Of a stretch of DNA of 46,587 nucleotides, positions 10,130 through 17,561 are shown piece by piece; position 1 is the stretch's first letter; each line of letters opens with the position of its first letter. The position numbers were made by a program, and so were the translations under genes. The notes under the pieces were generated by a model that saw only the letters and a program-made list of their open reading frames with translations, did no database searches and was not told where the DNA came from. The DNA comes from Candidatus Bathyarchaeia archaeon (lineage in GTDB: Archaea; Thermoproteota; Bathyarchaeia; Bathyarchaeales; Bathycorpusculaceae): contig JBEKGO010000020.1 of NCBI GenBank assembly GCA_050012755.1, positions 1 to 46,587 on the forward strand, read 5' to 3'.

Positions 10130-10451
10130 CTATGTAAGATTTTTTTTTAATTGTTTCTGCTGATTGATGCTTTGCTTCGATTGGCTTTGCGTGGGGTGTT
10201 GCCTGTCTTGGTATGGCTTAGGGCATTTGTTTGAGTTGCTTAGCTTTGCGGTTTTTGCAGTTCTACGTTTACGCTTCTGCCATGCTTTCCTTTGCGCTTG
10301 TTTGTCTTTGCGGTGGGTTCGTGGCTGGTTTTTTTAGGGTTGCCCTTTTGTTATTTTATTTTTATTGTTTTTTTGTTAGGTCGGTGTCGTTGTTGTGTTC
10401 TTTCTTTATCGGTTCGACACACAAGGCACCCCTCTTCACGGAAGGTACGGT

Positions 10452-10504
10452 AGGGAACCCTTAGATGATGGGCTCGCTCGAGCCCTGATCTGACGCGGTT
10501 CCCT
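10452..10504. other. GC-rich nested hairpin, candidate replication origin
   Basis: AGGGAACC/GGTTCCCT outer stem, AGAT/ATCT middle stem and GGGCTCG/CGAGCCC inner stem in a noncoding AT-rich region. Confidence 0.55.
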
Positions 10505-10895
10505 GTTTATTCTTTTCTTCTACCCTATTTTTTGTTTTTGTTGGCTGTGCGCATCGGTTTTGGTGAGAACGGCTTTGCGTATCGGCTATCTTGAATTATA
10601 AGATTGCTTTATTTATGTTGTATTACATGTGATTGATTTAGTTGTTTGTGGTTTTTCTGCCGTGTTGATGTATATCAAGCTTTATTACTAGCGATTGCTT
10701 GTTAGGTTAGTGTGAGTATCTTGATAGCTTTCAGTAAGGTAAGTTTAAAATTTGGCTGTCGGAAAGGTACTTGTTATGGTTTGATTTTGTCTTCGCTTTT
10801 TTGGAAGAGTTTAGGTAGTAGTTTTTTGGGTAAGTTGGTTGTTAAGTCGATATTTGTCCGTAGTCTTTGTGGAATACGATTGACGGGTTTGTTGG

Positions 10896-11156
10896 GTGTC
10901 CGTTGGTTCGGGTTCTGTGAGGGCTATGGATATGGAGAAAAATCCTAAGCTTTTTAGTTTTTCTAAGGATGATGCTCGTTCTGTTGTTGGGAATCCTATA
11001 GTTGATAGGTGTCGATATCAGTCACGGAGACCGTGTTTCCATAATGGTCACTGTTCTATTTTTCGGTGTGAGACTTGTTGTGTTGAAGTTTGTTTTTTGC
11101 ATTTGAATCCTTCAGGTTGGTTTCAGAGAAGGAAGTTTAGAGAGGTTGTTTTTTAA
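10896..11156 (+). CDS. small Cys/His-rich element protein (probable start ATG about 10926)
   Basis: CRYQSRRPCFHNGHC...CETCC.EVC..H. Confidence 0.55.
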   Translation: MSVGSGSVRAMDMEKNPKLFSFSKDDARSVVGNPIVDRCRYQSRRPCFHNGHCSIFRCETCCVEVCFLHLNPSGWFQRRKFREVVF

Positions 11157-11340
11157 TGGTTGCTTTTGCTGTTTTTTTGTGTTCCCCTTTTGTTGAGGTT
11201 GTTGCTTTGATGGTTAGCAGTGGCTTTAATCAAAGGCAAACGGTGACTTAGTTGGTTTCTTATATTAGTTTTTCTAATCAGTTCAGTTTTTGTGTTGTAC
11301 GTACCTCTATGTTAGGGTGTTTCTGTAGCATTTTGTCGGT

Positions 11341-12828
11341 TTGTGCTTTGGGAATATTCAACATAGGGGTACGGTGTTTTCACCTATGATTTTGTTTTTT
11401 GCTTTTTTAGCGGTTATGTTTATTGTTTGCTTAATAGTGTTCTGGCTGGCTGTTTTTAATTGGTTTGATAGTCCTTTCTATTCGGATGATTCATTGGGTT
11501 GTCGTTTAGGCGGTGGCTTTTGGTCTTTATATACTAAGATTTTTATTTCTGGTTTTAGGGTATATAAAGCTCTTCGATTTTGTTTTCGAGTGTTTTTGCC
11601 TTTTGGCGGTTTTGGTATTGTAGGCGATAGTGTTGCTTCTGTTGCTAAAAAACGTGTTGTCCATTTTAAAGATGGTACTTTTAAGGAGTACTCGTCTGCT
11701 ACGAAGGAGCAGTTAGATTTTGCTCGGTTGGCTTTTCATGGTGCTGATACGTTGATTGATGATTTTGGTGAGAAAACTGTTTTGGGTTATTTAGGGGGGT
11801 TTGTTGCTCCTGTTATGGATATTAGTCCTACGTTTTTTAGGGATTTGGATTGTAATGGGCATGTTTTTGAAGTTGTTGGGCATGGTATGCCGTTGAATGG
11901 TGATTGTGATGGTTATGTTATGACTAAGGGGTGTTCAAAGGTTGAGCTCCATAAGGAACATGTCGGTTTAGGTTTTTTTCATAAGATACATCATCATTGT
12001 TTTAATTGGCGTTGCCCGAAATGTTTTTTCTATGGAAATGCGGTTCGCTCGGCTCAGCATATTGCTCAGAGGTTAGATAAGAAGTCTAAGGAAACTGGGT
12101 TAGCTGTGGAAGCTGGCATGGTCTCAGTTCCTCCTGTTTTTTATGGCTTGTCCGAGACTGATATGAGAGCTAAGTGTATTGATGCTCTTTTTGCTCGTGG
12201 CTTGTTAGGTTTTGTTTTGGTGTTTCATCCTCTTGCGTATAAATCTTCGCGTTGGGTTGATGGTGTTTTTCATTTGTCGAAATTCTACTATAATCCGCAT
12301 TATCATTGGCTTGGTTTTTTTAAGGAATCTTACGAAGTTTGTCGGAATTGTGAGCATTATAATGAGTGGGGTTCTAAATCTGTTAAGGGGAAAACGAATT
12401 ATAATAATCATGGTGGTTCTGCCTGTTTGAGTTGTGAGCATTTTGAAGGTTTGTCGCGTAGGTTACGTGAGAAGGATAATTTTTTGGTTAAGGTGTTCAG
12501 TAAACGAGATGATAATCTTTCCGTTTTTCGTACTTGTCTTTACGAATTATCGCATTGTGGATTTGAATCGAATACTAAGCATGTTCATATTGTTACTTGG
12601 GTTGGGAATTGTAGTTCACGTCGTTTTAAATCTGGTTATCAGTCGCAACAGATGTTGTGTCCTGAGGTTGAGTGTAAATCTCCTTTGGTTCGTCATGTTT
12701 ATAGTGGTACTAAGTATGAGATTGTGAAGTTTCGGGATTCGCCTGATTATAAGATGGATGATTGGCTTCCTGTAACCGAGGATGGTAAGGTTGTTTGGTC
12801 TGAGGTTGGTGTTATTAGCGGTGAATAG
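11341..12828 (+). CDS. probable HUH-superfamily rolling-circle replication initiator (possible true start GTG 11590)
   Basis: Zn-binding C..WRCPKC; VFHP (12223-12231); PHYHWLG HUH motif (12298-12306); YELSH putative catalytic Tyr (12541-12555); C-terminal CPxxxC. Confidence 0.72.
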   Translation: MCFGNIQHRGTVFSPMILFFAFLAVMFIVCLIVFWLAVFNWFDSPFYSDDSLGCRLGGGFWSLYTKIFISGFRVYKALRFCFRVFLPFGGFGIVGDSVASVAKKRVVHFKDGTFKEYSSATKEQLDFARLAFHGADTLIDDFGEKTVLGYLGGFVAPVMDISPTFFRDLDCNGHVFEVVGHGMPLNGDCDGYVMTKGCSKVELHKEHVGLGFFHKIHHHCFNWRCPKCFFYGNAVRSAQHIAQRLDKKSKETGLAVEAGMVSVPPVFYGLSETDMRAKCIDALFARGLLGFVLVFHPLAYKSSRWVDGVFHLSKFYYNPHYHWLGFFKESYEVCRNCEHYNEWGSKSVKGKTNYNNHGGSACLSCEHFEGLSRRLREKDNFLVKVFSKRDDNLSVFRTCLYELSHCGFESNTKHVHIVTWVGNCSSRRFKSGYQSQQMLCPEVECKSPLVRHVYSGTKYEIVKFRDSPDYKMDDWLPVTEDGKVVWSEVGVISGE

Positions 12829-12922
12829 TTTGTTTTTTCGACATATTATTTTCCCTTTTTTTTATTTTCCGTTAGGTATTTCTATTGGTAGCTTTGTTGT
12901 GTTAGGTGGTGATTATGGATGA
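12821..12922 (+). CDS. tiny hydrophobic peptide (33 aa)
   Basis: GTG start overlaps the Rep stop and its TGA overlaps the ATG of the next gene (ATGA); MNSLFFRHIIFPFFYFPLGISIGSFVVLGGDYG. Confidence 0.4.
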   Translation: MNSLFFRHIIFPFFYFPLGISIGSFVVLGGDYG

Positions 12923-13431
12923 TACCTTCTAAGGTTTCTAAATCTGTTAAAGGGATTTGCGTTAGCTGTGGTTGTTCTTTGACTGGGAAAAATCGAGATT
13001 TAGCTTTTTGTTTGTGTGAAAATTGTTCTAAGACTAAAGAGGTTGTTCTTGGTCTTGGTTGTTCTACCGTTATCGTTAAAGGTACTTGTGTTGGATGTGG
13101 CTGTGTTTTAACTGGTATGAATAGGTCTTTTGATTCTCATATGTGCAAAAATTGTTTTATGGTTGAATCGGCTGATATTGAGGCTGAAGATAAGGCTGAG
13201 GATTCGTCGTTTTTGGACACGGAAAATTTTGCGAAGTTTCTTGGTTGTGGTTTTTATGAGGCTCAAGACCTTATGGGTGAATTCGTTAAGTATTCGTTGG
13301 TTAAGGTTGAAGAGCGTTTGTCTGTGTTTTTTAAGTGTTCGGTGATTGAAGTTAGAGAGCGTTTGTCTGTATTTTTCAAGTGTCCATTAGATAAGGTTGA
13401 AGAATGTTTGGCTGTGTTTCTTGGTCGCTGA
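12919..13431 (+). CDS. tandem zinc-finger protein with C-terminal helical repeats
   Basis: Two VKGxCVxCGCxLTGxNR...CxNC repeats; (K/E)VxERLSVFFKC repeated; SD GGTGGTGA upstream. Confidence 0.7.
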   Translation: MIPSKVSKSVKGICVSCGCSLTGKNRDLAFCLCENCSKTKEVVLGLGCSTVIVKGTCVGCGCVLTGMNRSFDSHMCKNCFMVESADIEAEDKAEDSSFLDTENFAKFLGCGFYEAQDLMGEFVKYSLVKVEERLSVFFKCSVIEVRERLSVFFKCPLDKVEECLAVFLGR

Positions 13432-13757
13432 GTTTTTTTAGGATTGGTTTTCTTTCCTTTCTTTTTTTATGCTTTTGCATGGTGTTGTTTTACTGCTTTG
13501 GTAGTGGTTTGTAGTTTTCATTTTTTGTGTTTATGTTAAAAGTGTTCTTGTAGATTTTGTTTTATGTTTTGTTCTGCTTGTTGTGTTGTTTGGTTATGTG
13601 TTAAGTTAGGGTTTTTCTCTTGGTGCTCTCTTTTGTTTTCAGTGTGCGAATATTCTTCGAGGGAGCACCGCAACAGAGTGAGGAGCGCACCGAGTTTGTT
13701 TGCGGTCTGGTGGATAAGAGAGCTTTGGGTGATTTGACATTGTTGTGTGTGTTGTTT

Positions 13758-13919
13758 TTATTTTTTGTTTTTCTTTCTTTCGCGTGTTATTTTTGGTATG
13801 TCTTTTGGGTCTATTATTTCCATTATGTATTCAGGTTTTCCGTTTTGGTTGAAGCGTATTATTAGTTCTTCTATTTTTGGTTCGTGTATTTTTTTCCATA
13901 TTTTTTCTTCTTTCTTCAT
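13758..13919 (-). CDS. small basic element protein (53 aa)
   Basis: Read manually: MKKEEKIWKKIHEPKIEELIIRFNQNGKPEYIMEIIDPKDIPKITRERKKNKK*; GGAG upstream; directly downstream of int. Confidence 0.5.
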   Translation of the reverse strand: MKKEEKIWKKIHEPKIEELIIRFNQNGKPEYIMEIIDPKDIPKITRERKKNKK

Positions 13920-13968
13920 ATCTTTTTTCTCCTGTTTGTCATTTGTTGTTTTTTGGTAGTTTTGGTTT

Positions 13969-14908
13969 CTATTTTCGTTTTTTGTATGCTTTTATTGTTT
14001 CTCCGTTGAATGTAAGTTCGGTGTTAATGAATCCTTGTTCTATGAGGTTTATTGCTTCTTCTTTAGTTGATGCAATTTTAACTGTCCATTCTTCTTCGTT
14101 ATTGGTTTGTGGCATTCCGCTTAGGTAGTGCATTGTTGTTTCAAGTTTTTTGTGTCTTAGGTGTGCTTTTACTGCTAATGGGTCTAATAGTTTGTAGTAG
14201 AGTTGTCCGCCTGAGTAGTTTCTAAGGTTTTTTAGTGGTATTTTCTTTAGGTCGGGTTGGCTGTATTTTTGTATAGCTCTTTCTCGTGTTTCTCCCCAAA
14301 CTTGTCCCATTATTGCTGATTTTGGGAATGGGTATTCTTCTGTGTGTTTGGATAGGTATTTTCTTAGCATTTCTACTGTTTGGTTTGTTAGTTTGTATGT
14401 TCCTGAGAGGTGTCCTTTGTGTCCTTGTATGCTGATAATGCCTTGCTGTTGGTCTATTAGGTTTCTTGGTGTGCATTCTAATTCGTGTGGTTCTGCTCCT
14501 ATTTCGGCTAAGATTGTGAATATGCAACAGTATTTTTCGGTTGCTGAATTGATGATTTTTGTTACGTTGTCTTTTGTGGGCATTAGTGGTATTTTGCGTT
14601 CAAATTTGTAGAATGGTTTTTTCCATTGAATGGTGTTTAAGGTACAGAAATAATCGTAGGCGTATGCTAAGCTGTTTTTTGTTTCTCCTGATGTTTCTTT
14701 GCCTTTTTTGGTTTTTAGGTTTGCGATAAAGTTTTTGACTGTTTCGGGGTTCATTAGGTTGGTATATTTGCTTATGAGTTTTAGTGAATAGCTAACTCGT
14801 TTTATTGTGTTATCTGCTTTACCGTCGTTTTTTAATTGGATTAAAGTTTTGACGATTAGGCATGTATCCGTATTGGTTTGGCGTGTACTTGAGTTTTGGA
14901 TACTTGCC
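13969..14908 (-). CDS. int(C): tyrosine recombinase/integrase, C-terminal fragment (first in-frame ATG at 14754)
   Basis: IGAEPHEL, GHKG, KNLRN and LRH...TTMHY motifs; the frame stays open upstream of 14754 through attR (LKNDGKADNTIKRVSYSL core-binding-like helix). Confidence 0.88.
14891..14908 (+). repeat. attR core GAGTTTTGGATACTTGCC
   Basis: Identical to 9867-9884. Confidence 0.95.
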
Positions 14909-15380
14909 CAATGAGCACGATGATGTGCAATGCCTAAGAGCTCTTCGAGAGGTGCTTAAGGACGATGGGATGTTGATTGTTGATGTCTTTAACCGCGAAC
15001 GTCTAATCTCAAAATACCAAACAAATTGGCTAAGGCAGCTTAAGTGGGCTCTCTTACCAATTATGTTTAGGGCTAATCGCTTTGGCGCATGGTTGGTTTT
15101 CCATTTTTTCAAGTGGAAAGAGTACCCTAGCTTTTTTCTTCTGCAGAAACGAACAGTCGAGGCTAATGGTGCGCGACTTCATGATTTATGGGTAATTTGC
15201 AACAAAGAGGATGGGCGGATCAGGGTTTTTGAACATAATGCACGTTTGTACGAACTTAAGCGGTTGCAGGTGTTACTTGAGCAGGCAGGTTTCACCGTCA
15301 AAGCAATTTACGGTGATTATAACCAGCAAAGTCTTAGCCCCAGTTCTAGTCGACTTATTTTGGTAGCCAATTCAGAATGA
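14891..15380 (+). pseudogene. class I SAM methyltransferase, 3' part
   Basis: SFGYLPNEHDDVQCLRALREVLKDDGMLIVDVFN...RLY...LLEQAGF...YGDY; in frame with the 5' part after excision. Confidence 0.9.
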
Positions 15381-15466
15381 ACTAATCTTAAGGGTTTTAA
15401 TGTACTTTTGCACATAAAAGTTATAAGTGCCCATGGGAAGACATTGAAGCTATCCGTGACCGATGC

Positions 15467-16459
15467 ATGAACGCTTGGAAACTTCGAATTTCTATGGCTG
15501 GAACTCTAGCCATCATATTTGGTTTATCTACACTCGTGTTCGCAGTAATCTTAACTGTGGCTGGAATAGGCTTTACCCTAATAGACATAGGAATCCTCGT
15601 GGTAGCCCTCAACATAGGTCAATGGTTGTTAGCACCATATCTTATTGGCTGGATATACAAAGTTAAAGAACTTAGACAAGACGAGAAACCAGAACTGCAC
15701 CAAATGGTCAATGACATAAGCAGAAAAAGCGGAATAGCCGTTCCCAAGCTAATGTTGGCGAACATTCCTCTTCCAAATGCATTCGCATACGGCTCACCAT
15801 TATCGGGAACACGAGTTGCCGTCACTCAAGGGCTTCTTGATTCTCTTGACAGCGGCGAAGTTGAAGCTGTCTTGGGCCATGAACTTGGCCACGTTAAACA
15901 CCACGATGTCCAAGTCATGATGGTAGCTTCTTTCTTACCAGCCTTATTCTATTATATTGGTTACTCCATGATGCTGTCAGGTATGTTTGGTGGAGGACAA
16001 AAGAAAAGCAGCGGAGGCAGCAATGCACTCATAGGCATAGCTTTCATGGCGTTCTCTTGGGTACTAACCTTATTCACATTGTACCTTAGCCGGTTGCGCG
16101 AATACTATGCTGACAGGCATAGTGTTTCAGTGGTTGAAAACGGTGCAGTTAAGCTCTCAACTGGCTTAGTAACAATTGTTGAAGAAAGCAAACGTGGCGG
16201 CCAACAAAAGAAAGAAGACCAGAAAAACCAAAGCTCCTTCAGAGCATTATTCATCACTGACACCAACAGAGCAAGCGCCGACTCTGCAGAACTTCACGCG
16301 GCACAAATTAGAAGCAAACAAGATTTGCTTCGAGACACACTTGCAAAGCAACCAACCAAAGGAGACAAGTTCGTCGAAGTCTTTTCAACTCACCCAAACA
16401 TCATCAAACGACTAAAGGCATTACAAGAATTAAGCATTAATCAAGCAATCAACAGTTAA
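15467..16459 (+). CDS. htpX: HtpX zinc metalloprotease (M48)
   Basis: PNAFAYG, HELGH, SRLREYYAD and STHP motifs. Confidence 0.93.
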   Translation: MNAWKLRISMAGTLAIIFGLSTLVFAVILTVAGIGFTLIDIGILVVALNIGQWLLAPYLIGWIYKVKELRQDEKPELHQMVNDISRKSGIAVPKLMLANIPLPNAFAYGSPLSGTRVAVTQGLLDSLDSGEVEAVLGHELGHVKHHDVQVMMVASFLPALFYYIGYSMMLSGMFGGGQKKSSGGSNALIGIAFMAFSWVLTLFTLYLSRLREYYADRHSVSVVENGAVKLSTGLVTIVEESKRGGQQKKEDQKNQSSFRALFITDTNRASADSAELHAAQIRSKQDLLRDTLAKQPTKGDKFVEVFSTHPNIIKRLKALQELSINQAINS

Positions 16460-16460
16460 A

Positions 16461-17072
16461 TCAAAAATCATTGCCAACTAGGAAAGGATTTTTCCTTTTT
16501 TCTTCACCGATAATGGATGTTGGTCCATGCCCAGGATAAATCAACAAGTAATCAGGCAAGCGTACAAGCTTTTGCAAAGACGCCTGCATGTCTTTCATTG
16601 AGCCTTCCGGAAAATCTGTTCTGCCGATTCCTTCATTAAACAATGTGTCGCCTGTAAAAACGAGCTTCTTGCTTACAAGGCATATGCTGCCAGGAGTATG
16701 TCCAGGCGTAAGCATAACCGTAAGAGATTCATCGTCAAACTTGATTAAGCTCCCGTCTTCTAAAAGGACAGGAGCGGGGAATTTGCTTGTTTCCAATTCT
16801 TCAATCGATGAGGCATCATATTTGTGAATGTAGATGGGAACGTTGTATTTTTCTTGGAATATGACGTCGCCGCTTATGTGATCTTGGTGCCCGTGAGTAT
16901 TGAGTATTAATTTTATTTTTAGTTTTTCTTTCGCGACATAGTCAAAAATTTGTTGGGCTTCAAAAGGCAGGTCTAATCCTGGATCAATTACAATTGCTTC
17001 TTTACCCTTTTCTGAACTAACGACGTAGCAGTTTGTTGACAACATGCCAACAGTGAAGGTTTCAATCATCAT
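16461..17072 (-). CDS. MBL-fold metallohydrolase (glyoxalase II-like)
   Basis: THGHQDH, TPGHTPG, GDTLF..GIGRTD and PGHG motifs. Confidence 0.92.
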   Translation of the reverse strand: MMIETFTVGMLSTNCYVVSSEKGKEAIVIDPGLDLPFEAQQIFDYVAKEKLKIKLILNTHGHQDHISGDVIFQEKYNVPIYIHKYDASSIEELETSKFPAPVLLEDGSLIKFDDESLTVMLTPGHTPGSICLVSKKLVFTGDTLFNEGIGRTDFPEGSMKDMQASLQKLVRLPDYLLIYPGHGPTSIIGEEKRKNPFLVGNDF

Positions 17073-17174
17073 TTTAAATCTACTTCGAGTAATGTATCAT
17101 AACAAAAATAAACTATTTGGCTAAACCAAACTAGTGTTAGTCCAACTGGTTAGCAAGAGTTGTTAAGCTTGGCA

Positions 17175-17414
17175 TTAAAAACCTTGGAAACCGGTGAGTT
17201 TTATGACGCTTCTGCATTTACTACAAGTAATAATCAGTTCGGATAGCTCGCCGTTTACAAGTTTGGTGTCTTCGATTTTATAGTTGTTTTCAGTCTCGTC
17301 TTCCGGTGAGATTGACACTTTGCATTTGGGGCATTGGAAGGAACCGTCTTCTTCGCTATTGGCTAGATTTATTGTGTATGCAGAGTCTCGTTTTTCCAGT
17401 TTTTTCATCATCAT
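17175..17414 (-). CDS. small zinc-finger protein
   Basis: DGSFQCPKC..ISPED...CSKC. Confidence 0.72.
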   Translation of the reverse strand: MMMKKLEKRDSAYTINLANSEEDGSFQCPKCKVSISPEDETENNYKIEDTKLVNGELSELIITCSKCRSVIKLTGFQGF

Positions 17415-17561
17415 TTTCCTTCACATCTTTTTCTTTTTGTTTTTCCAATTAATCATTTTTGTTAATTAACGGTTATGAATTATTAGTCAATATATTTGAT
17501 CTGTTTAAAAATCTGACGCCAAAAAGAGGTAAAACTGGATGTTTGCGATTCATCAGTTTGT

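Larger units (their letters stand above)
9867..14908. mobile_element. 5,024-bp integrated rolling-circle plasmid/virus-like element
   Basis: 18-bp terminal direct repeat; tyrosine integrase; HUH-type Rep; abrupt G/T strand skew confined to this interval; interrupts a host gene. Confidence 0.92.

Noticed and set aside
10231-10948. ORFs 10231..10464 and 10712..10948
   Set aside because: Weak starts, and an F/L/V/C composition expected from T/G skew; the first overlaps the hairpin/repeat region.
13620-14611. Plus-strand hydrophobic ORFs (13620, 13747, 13877, 14342)
   Set aside because: Shadows of minus-strand genes; T-rich strands are depleted in stop codons.
9885-14890. Complete provirus (pleolipovirus, inovirus or fusellovirus)
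   Set aside because: No recognisable capsid, spike or packaging ATPase (no Walker A motif) in the element.
9867-14908. Interpretation as an intron, intein or IS with target-site duplication
   Set aside because: There are no terminal inverted repeats, DDE transposase or RT, and the insert contains stops and genes on both strands. An 18-bp repeat plus a tyrosine recombinase fits site-specific integration.
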